From an uncultured delta proteobacterium (GTDB taxonomy: Bacteria > Myxococcota > Myxococcia > Myxococcales > Myxococcaceae), in contig CAVZMH010000007.1 in the NCBI GenBank assembly GCA_963776345.1, positions 42,709 through 106,708 on the forward strand: DNA of 64,000 bases, in the 5' to 3' direction. Positions 12,520 through 21,858 of this stretch are shown here, piece by piece. A program made the position numbers and the translations under genes. How positions within the stretch are numbered: the first letter of the stretch is position 1; each line of letters starts with the position of its first letter. The notes below the pieces were generated by a model. It was not told the origin of the DNA and did no database searches. It saw only the letters and a program-made list of their open reading frames with translations.

Positions 12520-13614
12520 TCAGCCGGCGTCGGGACCCTCCGTGGCGGCGCTCCTCTCGGCGGCGAGGAGCGCCCGCTTCCGTTCCGGCCCCCAGCGGTA
12601 GCCGGAGAGGCTCCCGTCGGAGTGCACGACGCGGTGACAGGGGACTGCGAGCGCGACCGGGTTCATGGCGCAGGCCCGCGCCACCGCCCGGGCCGCCGTC
12701 GGATGCCCGACCGAGCGCGCCACCTCGGCGTAGCTCGCGGTGCTCCCGCTGGGGATGGCCCGCAGCGCCTGCCACACCTGGCGCTGGAAGGTGGTCGCCT
12801 GGACGTCGAGCGGCAGCCGCTCGGCGCCGGAGCGCTCCCCCAGCGCGGCGGCCGCGGCGCGGAGCCGGGCATCCGACCCGGGCGTGGCCCGCTCGAGCTC
12901 GGCGGCGGGGAACTCGGAGCGGAGCAGCGCCTCGAGCGCGCCCGCGCTCTCGCCGAAGGCCACCCGGCACATCCCGCGCTCGGTCCGCGCCAGGAGCAGC
13001 GCCCCGAGGGGGGTGTCGAGCACCGTCCAGAGGATGCGCAACCCCGCGCCCCCCTTCCCGTACTGCGCCGGGCTCATCCCCATCTGCTGGCGCGCCGCCG
13101 CGTACGCCCGCCCTGCCGAGCCGTAGCCCGCCTCGAGCCAGGCCTCGGTCACCGGGCGGCCGGCGCGCAGCTCCGCCTTCCAGCGCTCGAGCCGCGCCGC
13201 GGCGACGAACTCCTTGGGCGAGAGGCCGGTGTGCTTCTTGAAAGTCTTCTGGAGGTGCGCCGGGCTGAAGCCGGTCACGCTGGCGAGCGCGTCCAGCCCC
13301 GGGGGAGACTCGAGGTCGGCGACCAGGAGCGCCTTCACCTTCTCCACCAGCGCCTCGGCCGGGCGCTGATCCAGCTCGGGCCGGCAGCGCTTGCAGGCGC
13401 GGTAGCCCTGTCGCTCGGCGGTGGCCGCGTCGGCGAGGAAGCGCACGTTCTTCCGGAGCGGGCGCCGCGCCGGGCAGGTGGGCCGGCAGTAGATGCAGGT
13501 CGTCTCGACGGCCACGACGAAGCGGCCGTCCGCGCCGGGGTCGCGCCGGACGAACGCCTCCCAGCGGCCGTCCTCGGGGTCGTCGTGCACCATCTCCAGA
13601 GAATGCAGGTCCAT
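12520..13614 (-). CDS. ada: Bifunctional Ada regulator / O6-methylguanine-DNA methyltransferase
   Basis: Ada Zn motif (IYCRPTCPAR..RACKRC), AraC-type HTH (SPAHLQKTFKKHTGLSP) and active site PCHRV. Start at 13614 or 13593. Confidence 0.93.
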   Translation of the reverse strand: MDLHSLEMVHDDPEDGRWEAFVRRDPGADGRFVVAVETTCIYCRPTCPARRPLRKNVRFLADAATAERQGYRACKRCRPELDQRPAEALVEKVKALLVADLESPPGLDALASVTGFSPAHLQKTFKKHTGLSPKEFVAAARLERWKAELRAGRPVTEAWLEAGYGSAGRAYAAARQQMGMSPAQYGKGGAGLRILWTVLDTPLGALLLARTERGMCRVAFGESAGALEALLRSEFPAAELERATPGSDARLRAAAAALGERSGAERLPLDVQATTFQRQVWQALRAIPSGSTASYAEVARSVGHPTAARAVARACAMNPVALAVPCHRVVHSDGSLSGYRWGPERKRALLAAERSAATEGPDAG

Positions 13615-13722
13615 TCGGGTCCTCGCACGTCGTTGATGGCCCTGGAATAGCCCCGGCTGCGCCTCGGCCGCGTGCCGGCTCCTGCGCTGGATGTGCGGGA
13701 GCGAAGGAGCGGGCCTGGAGGC

Positions 13723-13759
13723 AGGTAACGAGGTAGGTAACGAGGTGTTTGACACCTCG
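13723..13759. repeat. REP-like palindrome copy 1 with 12-bp tandem half-site duplication
   Basis: AGGTAACGAGGT x2 (13723-13746) runs into CGAGGTGT-TTG-ACACCTCG (13741-13759). Confidence 0.7.
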
Positions 13760-13797
13760 AAAAGTCGAGTGTTCTCAGTGAGCTTCCGCCCGGCGGG

Positions 13798-14835
13798 CTA
13801 CCCGAAGAAGACCCGGGCCACGTCGAAGTACTCGGCCGGAACGCGCTTGAGCGTCCGGGTCGCGTCGGCGAGCGCGACGCTGGTGACCTCGTTCCCGCGC
13901 AGCGCCGCCATCCTCCCGAACTCGCCCCTGGCCACCATGTCGCAGGCGTGGACGCCGAAGCGGGAGGCGAGCACCCGGTCGTGCGCGGTGGGGGTGCCGC
14001 CACGCTGGATGTGGCCCAGCACCGACACCCGCGTCTCGAACCCCGTCCGCCGCTCGAGCTCCTGCGCCACGAACTGGCCCACGCCCCCGAGCCGCACCCG
14101 CCCCGCCTCGTCGAGCGCGCCCGAGGTGACCACGTGCTCCGGCTCGTCGGCGGTGGCGCGGATCTTCGTCCCCTCCGCCACCACCACGATGCTGAAGCTC
14201 GTCCCGCCGGCGTAGCGCCGCTTCAGCTGCTCGGCCACCGCTGCCAGGTCCGCCGGCTCCTCGGGGACCAGGATGACGTCTGCGCCCCCGGCGATCCCCG
14301 CATGGGTGGCGATCCAGCCGACGTGGCGGCCCATCACCTCCACCACGATGACCCGCTTGTGCGACTCGGCGGTGCTGTGCAGCCGGTCGATGGCCTCGGT
14401 GGCGATCGACACCGCGGTGTCGAAGCCGAAGGTGTAGTCCGTGCCGTTGAGGTCGTTGTCGATGGTCTTGGGGATCCCCACCACCGGGAGCCCGTGCTCG
14501 TACAGCCGGGCCGCCGCCGAGAGCGTGCCCTCGCCCCCGATGGCCACCACGGCCTGGATGCCGTGCCTCGCGGCGTTCGCCAGCACCTTCTCCGCGCCGC
14601 CCTCGACCGTGAACGGATTCACCCGGCTCGTCCCGAGGATGGTGCCGCCCCGGTGGAGGATGCCCGCGGTGTTCTCGCGGGTGAGGGTGAAGATGCGATC
14701 CTCGATGAGGCCCTTCCAGCCGTCGCGGAGACCCACCACCTCGAACTGGTGATTCTGGGCCCGACGGACGACGGCGCGGATGACGGCATTGAGACCGGGG
14801 CAGTCGCCTCCACCGGTCAGCACGGCGATTCGCAT
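13798..14835 (-). CDS. pfkA: 6-phosphofructokinase
   Basis: LTGGGDCPGLN, GGTILGTSR, PKTIDND, EVMGRH and LGHIQRGG motifs. Confidence 0.95.
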   Translation of the reverse strand: MRIAVLTGGGDCPGLNAVIRAVVRRAQNHQFEVVGLRDGWKGLIEDRIFTLTRENTAGILHRGGTILGTSRVNPFTVEGGAEKVLANAARHGIQAVVAIGGEGTLSAAARLYEHGLPVVGIPKTIDNDLNGTDYTFGFDTAVSIATEAIDRLHSTAESHKRVIVVEVMGRHVGWIATHAGIAGGADVILVPEEPADLAAVAEQLKRRYAGGTSFSIVVVAEGTKIRATADEPEHVVTSGALDEAGRVRLGGVGQFVAQELERRTGFETRVSVLGHIQRGGTPTAHDRVLASRFGVHACDMVARGEFGRMAALRGNEVTSVALADATRTLKRVPAEYFDVARVFFG

Positions 14836-14889
14836 GGAGTGGGGCGCAGTCTGGCCCGGCCGGCAGCGAGCGCCAAGGGCCTCGCCGAG

Positions 14890-15852
14890 CTAGCGCGCGG
14901 AAGCGGACCCTCGCTCGGCCAGCCCCGGGACGGCCAGCCGGGGAGCGTCCCCGGCGAGGGCGGAGGCGCCGAGCAGCACCGCCGCGAGCCAGACCGCGTC
15001 CGCGAGCAGCAGGTGGACCAGCTGCATCCACACCGGCGCGAGCAGCACCAGATTGACCATCCCGGCGGTGAGCTGGAGCACCACCAGCGTGGCCAGGGCG
15101 ATGGCGGCGCGCCGGATGGGGCGCCCCGGACGCAGCAGGCTCGAGACGGCGGCCGTCGCCAGGAGCAGCGTGCCGACCGCGACCGCCAGGAGCGGATGGA
15201 GCACCCGCAGCCGGAGGAGCACGTGCGCGCCGCCTGCCATGTCCTGCCGGAACCCCTCGGCCAGCGAGCGCGCGGGGAAGAGCGTGTCCCCGAGCGCGGC
15301 GATGGCACCGCTGACGCCCAGCACCAGGAGGCCGAGCAGCGCCGCCGGGACCAGCACGCCGACCGCTCCCTGTTCCCGGAACCGCGGGCTCGCCGTGCCC
15401 CCGGCCCACGCGCCGGTCAGCGCCACCACCGCGAGCAGGAAGAAGGTGTTGACGAGATGCAGGCACATCACCACCGCGCGGGTCAGCGAGTCGTCGGTCC
15501 CGGTGAGCCGCAGGAGCACCAGCGCGGCGCCGATCGCCCCCTCGAGGAGGATGGCGACCACCCCGAGCGCCGCCCCGGCGCGGACCCGGTGCCGGCGCGG
15601 GAAGGCGACGAAGCCCCACGCCGCCCATCCGATGACCGCCAGGGTGACCAGGGCGCTCGAGACCCGATGACTGAACTCGATGAGGGTCTCGAGGGCCGGA
15701 GCGCGGGGCAGCACCTGGCCGTTGCAGACCGGCCAGTGCGCGCCGCAGCCCGCGCCGGACCCGGTGGCCCGCACGAACGCCCCCCACACCACCACCGCCA
15801 GGAGGAAGGCGACCAGGCCCCAGGTTGCACGCGCGAAGCGGCCGTTCACCAT
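14890..15852 (-). CDS. ctaA: COX15/CtaA heme A synthase family membrane protein
   Basis: GAFVRATGSGAGCGAHWPVCNG, EFSHR, multiple TM helices with conserved His. Confidence 0.85.
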   Translation of the reverse strand: MVNGRFARATWGLVAFLLAVVVWGAFVRATGSGAGCGAHWPVCNGQVLPRAPALETLIEFSHRVSSALVTLAVIGWAAWGFVAFPRRHRVRAGAALGVVAILLEGAIGAALVLLRLTGTDDSLTRAVVMCLHLVNTFFLLAVVALTGAWAGGTASPRFREQGAVGVLVPAALLGLLVLGVSGAIAALGDTLFPARSLAEGFRQDMAGGAHVLLRLRVLHPLLAVAVGTLLLATAAVSSLLRPGRPIRRAAIALATLVVLQLTAGMVNLVLLAPVWMQLVHLLLADAVWLAAVLLGASALAGDAPRLAVPGLAERGSASAR

Positions 15853-15927
15853 GACGACCGCGCTGCTTAGCAGCAGCCGCGGGTTGCTGCCATGCTGCCC
15901 GGTGCCCGAACACGGGGAGGGAGGCTC

Positions 15928-16395
15928 ATGAGCTTCGAGGTCCGGACAGACAGCCTTCCGGGAACGGCCACCGCGCTGGGGTGGGCGCGAGGCCATACCG
16001 TGGTCATCGACCGCCCGGCGGACGGCGGGGGCCAGGACCTCGGCTTCAACGGCGCCGAGCTCATGCACCTCGCCGTCGCGGCCTGCGTCTCGAACGACCT
16101 GTTCCGCGAGGCGTGGGCGCTCGGCCTCCGGCTCACCCGGGTGGCGGTCACGGCGCGAGGCGAGTTCACCGGCTCACCGCAGGTCTCGTCCGGAATCGGC
16201 TACTCGGTCGAGGTCTGGGGAGACGCCCCGGACGCCGTGCTCCGGGAGCTGGTGTCGCGGGTGGACGCCATTGCCGAGATCCCCAACTCGCTCCGGCAGG
16301 GGACGGTGGTACGGCTCTCGGAGGCGACCGTGCATCGCACCGATGGCGCCCCGGCGGCGGACCCGGCCCCGCGCACCTCGGGGGTCTCCGGGTGA
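15928..16395 (+). CDS. OsmC family protein
   Basis: IDRP..GGGQDLGFNGAELMHLAVAAC motif. GGAGG RBS before ATG at 15928. Confidence 0.85.
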   Translation: MSFEVRTDSLPGTATALGWARGHTVVIDRPADGGGQDLGFNGAELMHLAVAACVSNDLFREAWALGLRLTRVAVTARGEFTGSPQVSSGIGYSVEVWGDAPDAVLRELVSRVDAIAEIPNSLRQGTVVRLSEATVHRTDGAPAADPAPRTSGVSG

Positions 16396-17573
16396 GTCTC
16401 GCCCGGCTTCGCGGGGAGACGGTCGACGTCCGGCTCTGGACTCCGGTGGAGCAGGTCGAGTCCCAGGCGCTCACCCAGCTCCGCAACATCGCCAGCCTCC
16501 CCTGGGTCGCTCACGTGGCGGTCATGCCCGACGTGCACTTCGGGAAGGGCGCCACCGTGGGCTCGGTCATCGGGATGCGCGGCGCGGTCTCGCCCGCGGC
16601 CGTCGGCGTGGACATCGGCTGCGGCATGGGCGCGGTGCGGACCAGTCTCACTACGGAGGACCTGCCGGAGAGCCTGCGCGGCATCCGCTCGGACCTGGAG
16701 GGCGCCATCCCGGTCGGTTTCGCCGCGCACGACGAGGTCGCGAGGCCGGAGGACCCGCGCCTCCGCGCCGAGGTGAAGGAGATGCTCGACGGCTTCGACG
16801 AGCTCGACCGCTCGGTGAAGGACCTGCGCACCCGGGCGGGGAGGCAGCTCGGCACGCTCGGCGGCGGGAACCACTTCATCGAGCTGTGCCTCGACACCGA
16901 GAGCCGCGTCTGGCTGATGCTGCACTCGGGCTCGCGCAACATCGGCAAGACGCTGGCCGAGGTGCACATGGCCCGGGCCCGCAAGCTGAAGCACAACCGC
17001 GCCCTGGCCGACCCGGACCTGGCGGTGTTCCTGGCCGGCACCGAGGAGATGGCCGCCTACCGCCGGGACCTCGAGTGGGCGCAGCGGTACGCCATGCTCA
17101 ACCGACGGCTGATGTTCGACCTCTATGTGCAGGTCGTCCGCCGTCACTTCCCGGAGGTCCGGCTCGACGAGCCGGTGCTCTGTCACCACAACTACGTCGC
17201 CGAGGAGACGCACCACGGCGAGCAGCTGCTGGTGACGCGGAAAGGCGCCATCTCCGCCAGGGCCGGACAGCTCGGCGTCATCCCCGGCTCGATGGGGACG
17301 CGGAGCTACATCGTCCGGGGCCTGGGGAACGCCGAGTCGCTGCACTCGGCGTCACACGGCGCGGGGCGAAAGATGTCCCGCGGCGAGGCCAAGCGTCGGT
17401 TCAGCGTGAAGGACCTCGCCGAGCAGACGGCGGGCGTGGAGTGCCGGAAGGATGGCGGGGTGCTCGACGAGATTCCCGGCGCCTACAAGCCCATCGAGCA
17501 GGTGATGGAGTACCAGAGGGACCTGGTGGAGATCGTCGCCGAGCTGAAGCAGGTGCTCTGCGTGAAGGGCTGA
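16392..17573 (+). CDS. rtcB: RNA 2',3'-cyclic phosphate/5'-OH ligase RtcB
   Basis: MPDVHFGKGATVG, VGVDIGCG, GTLGGGNHFIE, HSGSR, HHNY, SHGAGR, DEIPGAYK and terminal CVKG. Confidence 0.96.
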   Translation: MSLARLRGETVDVRLWTPVEQVESQALTQLRNIASLPWVAHVAVMPDVHFGKGATVGSVIGMRGAVSPAAVGVDIGCGMGAVRTSLTTEDLPESLRGIRSDLEGAIPVGFAAHDEVARPEDPRLRAEVKEMLDGFDELDRSVKDLRTRAGRQLGTLGGGNHFIELCLDTESRVWLMLHSGSRNIGKTLAEVHMARARKLKHNRALADPDLAVFLAGTEEMAAYRRDLEWAQRYAMLNRRLMFDLYVQVVRRHFPEVRLDEPVLCHHNYVAEETHHGEQLLVTRKGAISARAGQLGVIPGSMGTRSYIVRGLGNAESLHSASHGAGRKMSRGEAKRRFSVKDLAEQTAGVECRKDGGVLDEIPGAYKPIEQVMEYQRDLVEIVAELKQVLCVKG

Positions 17574-17708
17574 GACGCCGGCAGGTCGCGAGCACCACGG
17601 ATGCCCGCTCCGGCGAGGCTCGGGGTGAGGGGCGTCATGGCAGCGAGCCACGCGACCTTCGAGCGGTGTGCTGGAACGTTCCGGGCGCGACCGGGGGGAC
17701 CGAGCCCA

Positions 17709-17851
17709 GAGCAATCGTGGACATAGCAACTTCGCATGTCAGAGTCCGCGAGTCTGGACTCCATCGGCACTCCAACCCCTTGAAGCTTCAGGGTGCGGGT
17801 CCGCGGCATCGGGGAGCGGCAACGCCGAAGTTGCTATGTCCACGATTGCTC
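17709..17851. mobile_element. 143-bp MITE/REPIN-like element with perfect 26-bp terminal inverted repeats
   Basis: GAGCAATCGTGGACATAGCAACTTCG (17709-17734) and its exact reverse complement (17826-17851). No convincing coding capacity between them. Confidence 0.65.
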
Positions 17852-18025
17852 CGGAGCCGGTCGCCCCCGCGCCGGCCAGGTGGGCCGAGCGCAGCGTCTC
17901 GGTCCCGACAAGGGGACCGAGCGTAGAGTCTCGCTCCCCGGGGCGTGGGGATGTGCCCCCTGAGGACCGCCCTCCCGGAGGCCCCTGGAGGAGAGACAGG
18001 CGGTCGCGGATCGTGGGGCGCGAGG

Positions 18026-18343
18026 ATGGAGCTGACGGCCGAGATGTCTCGACGGATCGAGGAACGCATCGACGCGTTCGTCGCCTCGGAGGAGTGGCAC
18101 CCGGACCTCCGGAACCTCGCGGCCCGGCTCCGCGCGCTCCCGCTCTACTCCGACGTCGGAGGGTGCATCGCGCTGCGAGGCGATGGAGAAGTGATCCTCG
18201 TCGACCCGGACTACGATGGGTCAGACTCCCCCGCGAGCAGGAGGTGGGCGCTCGACGGAGGGTGGCCGGAGCGCGTGTTGCGGAGCGGGTGTCAGCGCCA
18301 CCCCGAGCTCGTGGACGTCCTCGAGGTGGCGCTGAGGCGCTGA
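18026..18343 (+). CDS. Hypothetical protein (105 aa)
   Basis: Globular-looking ORF (LPLYSDVGGCIALRGDGEVILVD) with plausible codon usage. Confidence 0.6.
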   Translation: MELTAEMSRRIEERIDAFVASEEWHPDLRNLAARLRALPLYSDVGGCIALRGDGEVILVDPDYDGSDSPASRRWALDGGWPERVLRSGCQRHPELVDVLEVALRR

Positions 18344-18362
18344 CCCCGCGAGCTCGGAGCTC

Positions 18363-18989
18363 TCAGAACCGCCCGGCGACCATCAGGCCGGCATGGCCGT
18401 CCGGCCCGAACGTCGGCACGACCGAGACCTTCCCCACGCTGGTGGAGCGTGGCGGGGCCGGAGCCGGGGCGCTCGACAGCTCGTAGCCCAGCACCGCACC
18501 GGCGAGCATCAGCGGCGGGCCGAACCACATCAGCCGGCTGGCGCTCCCCTGACCGATGGCCAGCGCCGCGCCCGCGCCGAGCGCCTCGCCGAACCAGCTC
18601 ACCCAGGGCGAGCCGCGCGCGTCGAAGTACGCGCCGGTCAGCGGCACCCCCGCGGCGACGGCGAGCCCGAAGCCCGAGAGGAGCCCAGCGGCGACGGTTC
18701 CCTCCGAGCAGGTGTCGTGCACCGACAGCGAGCCGACGCAGCCCAGGTAGCCGCCGAGCGCGCCAGCCAGCGTGCCCGCGGCGCCCGCGACCAGCACCTC
18801 GGAGACCACGCGGACGGTGCGCGACGCCCGCGGCGCCCGTGGCTCGGCGACCGTGCTCACGGTGCTGTCGCCCTCCAGGGTCGGTCCGACGGCCAGCAGC
18901 GGGTGCTCGACCGCCTCGGAGCCCGCGCGCGGGACGTCTCCGGGAGGGGCGGCGAGGAGGATGGCGGTGATGGCGAGCAGGCTGCTCAT
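18363..18989 (-). CDS. Hypothetical secreted/membrane protein
   Basis: Signal-like N-terminus, Gly/Ala-rich hydrophobic segments, C-terminal GLMVAGRF. Confidence 0.65.
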   Translation of the reverse strand: MSSLLAITAILLAAPPGDVPRAGSEAVEHPLLAVGPTLEGDSTVSTVAEPRAPRASRTVRVVSEVLVAGAAGTLAGALGGYLGCVGSLSVHDTCSEGTVAAGLLSGFGLAVAAGVPLTGAYFDARGSPWVSWFGEALGAGAALAIGQGSASRLMWFGPPLMLAGAVLGYELSSAPAPAPPRSTSVGKVSVVPTFGPDGHAGLMVAGRF

Positions 18990-19089
18990 CGCTCGCGAGC
19001 TCCCCGGGGCGGGACTGACGGCCCGTGCGCGCCGGCCCTGCTCTCGCGCAGCCCACCGCATAGCAGACTGCCCCCGTCTCTCACAGCCC

Positions 19090-19114
19090 TGGGACACCGG
19101 CACAGGGTGTCCCA
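19090..19114. terminator. Hairpin downstream of ygfZ, possible terminator
   Basis: Perfect 9-bp stem TGGGACACC-N7-GGTGTCCCA, 18 nt past the ygfZ stop. No clear U-tract. Confidence 0.4.
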
Positions 19115-19132
19115 CACCCCGGCGACACCGGG

Positions 19133-20182
19133 TCAGCCGGAGAAGGGAAGCGCCTCGACCCTGGCCTCGCCCGCTCCGGCCGCCAGGGCGAGCTGGGTGC
19201 CGGGCAGGGCGACGTCCCGGTGCGCGTAGCCGAGGCCGATGGCCCCGAAGCGCGGGCTCCGGACGGCCGACGTCACCCAGCCCACCCGGCGGTCGCCGGC
19301 GAACAGCTCGGTCCGCGGCGCCGGCAGCGCGCCTCCGTCCCCCCCGAACCGCAGGCCCACCAGGTGCCGGTTCACGTGCCCACGGAAGGTTGCGCGGGCG
19401 ATGACCTCCTGCCCGATGTAGCAGCCCTTCTGGTAGTGGATGGCGCGCTCGAGGTTCGCCTCGAGCGGGATGGTCTTCTCGTCCATGTCCGCGCCGAACC
19501 GAGGGGTCCCTCGCTCCACGCGGAGCACCTCGAGCGCGGCGAACCCCACCGGCGTCGCACCGCCCTCGAGCAGCCGGTCGAACACCGGGCCGAGCGCGTC
19601 GACGGGAACGAGGAGGTCCACCCCGGGCAGGAGCAGGCCCTGGGGCATCGCCCAGGCCGTGGTTCCGCCGGCCTCGAACGGCCGGAGCGCCGCGCCTGCC
19701 GGAGGACCGAGCCCGAGCACCCGGGCCGCCACCGCCTCGGCCTCGGGGCCGACGACCGAGAGCTGGCCGAACGAGGTCGCTTCGGACAGCTCGGCGTCCT
19801 CGCTGATGAGGTACCGCTCGAGCGTGCCGAGCAGCACCGGCCCGTACCCGGGCTCGGTGAGCAGGAGGAGGTCGTCCGGGCGCTTCACCACCCGTGCGTC
19901 GGCGACCATCGCTCCCTTCGCGGTGAGCAGGGCCGCGTCGGCCACCGACCCCGCGGGGAGCCCCTCCACGTCCTGGGTCACCATCCCCTGGAGGAAGCTC
20001 ACCCGGTCCGGGCCGGTCAGGCGGACGACCTCGCGGGCCGAGACGTCGACCAGCGCCGCGCCGGTGCGCAGCGCCCGGTCCTCGTCGTGGCCAGGGGTGC
20101 GCTCGACCACCTCCCGGCCCTTCAGCTCGCCGAGGGTGGCGCCGAGGGCGACATGCCGGTCGTGGAGGGGAAGCAGAACCAT
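19133..20182 (-). CDS. ygfZ: YgfZ/GcvT-family folate-binding Fe-S repair protein
   Basis: Signature KGCYIGQE, plus GPDRVSFLQGMVTQD and a GcvT-like C-terminus. Confidence 0.92.
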   Translation of the reverse strand: MVLLPLHDRHVALGATLGELKGREVVERTPGHDEDRALRTGAALVDVSAREVVRLTGPDRVSFLQGMVTQDVEGLPAGSVADAALLTAKGAMVADARVVKRPDDLLLLTEPGYGPVLLGTLERYLISEDAELSEATSFGQLSVVGPEAEAVAARVLGLGPPAGAALRPFEAGGTTAWAMPQGLLLPGVDLLVPVDALGPVFDRLLEGGATPVGFAALEVLRVERGTPRFGADMDEKTIPLEANLERAIHYQKGCYIGQEVIARATFRGHVNRHLVGLRFGGDGGALPAPRTELFAGDRRVGWVTSAVRSPRFGAIGLGYAHRDVALPGTQLALAAGAGEARVEALPFSG

Positions 20183-20206
20183 GGACCGCAGCTATATAAG
20201 GGTCCC

Positions 20207-20533
20207 GTGAAGGTCCAGCACCTCCCCGACATCCGCGGCTTCTCGGACGCGAAGCTCCAGAAGCACAACCTCTTCACCACCCCGCGCTTCTTCCTCGACG
20301 TCTACTGCCTCCGCCCGGGCCAGGCCCAGATGCCCCATGCCCACGCCGGGTCGGACAAGGTGTACCTGGTCCTCGAGGGTCGTCCCACGGTCGAGCTCGA
20401 CGGCGAGAGCCGGGAACTGCGCGAGGGGGATGCGGTGTTGTGCCCCGCGGGCTCCTCGCATGGTGTGCGGAACGGCGGGGCGACCGACGCGCGGGTGCTG
20501 GTGCTGATGACCCCGCTCCCGGAGAGGACATGA
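20207..20533 (+). CDS. Cupin domain protein
   Basis: PGQAQMPHAH..SDKVYLVLEG and PAGSSHGVRN motifs. GTG at 20207. Confidence 0.85.
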   Translation: MKVQHLPDIRGFSDAKLQKHNLFTTPRFFLDVYCLRPGQAQMPHAHAGSDKVYLVLEGRPTVELDGESRELREGDAVLCPAGSSHGVRNGGATDARVLVLMTPLPERT

Positions 20534-21858
20534 AGAAGCGGGCGAAGCAACCGGTGGAGACCGTCCGGGCCTGGGCGCCGTGGACGCTGCTCGGCCTCGG
20601 GCTCGCCGAGGTCGGGCTCTCCGTCTTCCAGTGGATCGAGCTGCGCACCGTCCAGGCGGGCGGCACGGCCGTCTGCAGCGTCAACGCCACGGTGAACTGC
20701 GAGACGGTGTGGACCAGCCCCTTCGCCCAGCGTCTCGGGCAGCTGACCGGGTTGCCGGTGGCCGGGCTCGGCGTGATCTGGGGACTCGCGGCGGCGGCAT
20801 GCGCGGGGGCCCTGCTCTGGCGCGCGCGCAGCGGCCGCGCCCTGCGGCCCGCGGTCCTCCCGGTGCGGACCGTGGGGGTCGTCGCTGCGCTGGTCTGCAT
20901 CACGCTGATCGCCGGCTCGATCAGCGCCGGCGCGCTCTGCCTCACCTGCCTCGGGACGTATCTCCTGGTCCTGGGGTACGCAGGGGTGGCGCTGGGAGCG
21001 CTCCCAGGGGCGCTGCAGCCCGGCGCCGGCGAGTGGACGCGCGCCATCGGACTGCCGGCCACGGTGACCGCGGTGACCTGGCTCGCGCTGCTCCTGCTCG
21101 GGCCCTCCCACTCCGGCGGCGCGCTCCCGCCGAAGAGCGCGGGCAAGGGCGGCAGCACCAGCCGGGAGGTCTCGCAGTTCCTCGCCAGCCGCCCCGAGTC
21201 GGAGAAGCAGGCGCTCTCGGACGCGCTGGCCCGCTTCGCCCGGACGCCTGCCCCGGCCCCGGTGAACGTGCTGCCGCAGGCGCGGGTGCTGAAGGGCCCG
21301 GCCGATGCGCCGGTGCACCTGGTCGAGTGGACGGACATCCTCTGCCCGCACTGCCGGCACCTGAACGACTCGCTCGAGGAGCTCCACCAGGCGGTGCCCC
21401 CCGGCAGGCTGGCGGTCGAGCCGCGGCAGTATCCGCTCGACGGCGCGTGCAATCCCGACGTGCCGCAGAAGGGCGACGGGCTCCGCTGCGCCGGCTCCCT
21501 GGCCCTCATCTGCCTGGAGCAGGTGCCGGACTTCTGGACGCTGCGGGACAAGCTGTTCGCCGCCCAGAAGACGCTCACCCGGGAGTCCCTGCTGCAGATC
21601 GCCAGCTCGGGCTCGATGTCGCGCGGCCAGCTGGAGACGTGCATCGCCAGCCCCGAGGCGGCCGCCAGGCTCCAGGACGACATCCGCTACGCCGGGCTCT
21701 ACAACCCGACCGGCACGCCCATCGTGGTGATCAACGGCAAGCCGGCCTTCCCCTCCCCGGTGTTCCTGTACGCGCTGACCATGGCCAGCGGCGACCCCAC
21801 CGCGCCGGTGCTGACCTCGGCGCTCCCTCCGGCCCGACGGTCGGGCGTTCCGCAGTGA
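20530..21858 (+). CDS. VKOR-DsbA/thioredoxin fusion
   Basis: VKOR loop CSVNATVNC, GLPVA and CLTC. C-terminal KGPADAPV..CPHC and GTP (DsbA-like). ATGA overlap with the cupin. Confidence 0.88.
   Translation: MKKRAKQPVETVRAWAPWTLLGLGLAEVGLSVFQWIELRTVQAGGTAVCSVNATVNCETVWTSPFAQRLGQLTGLPVAGLGVIWGLAAAACAGALLWRARSGRALRPAVLPVRTVGVVAALVCITLIAGSISAGALCLTCLGTYLLVLGYAGVALGALPGALQPGAGEWTRAIGLPATVTAVTWLALLLLGPSHSGGALPPKSAGKGGSTSREVSQFLASRPESEKQALSDALARFARTPAPAPVNVLPQARVLKGPADAPVHLVEWTDILCPHCRHLNDSLEELHQAVPPGRLAVEPRQYPLDGACNPDVPQKGDGLRCAGSLALICLEQVPDFWTLRDKLFAAQKTLTRESLLQIASSGSMSRGQLETCIASPEAAARLQDDIRYAGLYNPTGTPIVVINGKPAFPSPVFLYALTMASGDPTAPVLTSALPPARRSGVPQ

Noticed and set aside
16392..18025. Rtc/Ro60-Y RNA repair operon
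   Set aside because: No rtcA, rtcR or TROVE gene and no tRNA-like fold that I could identify.
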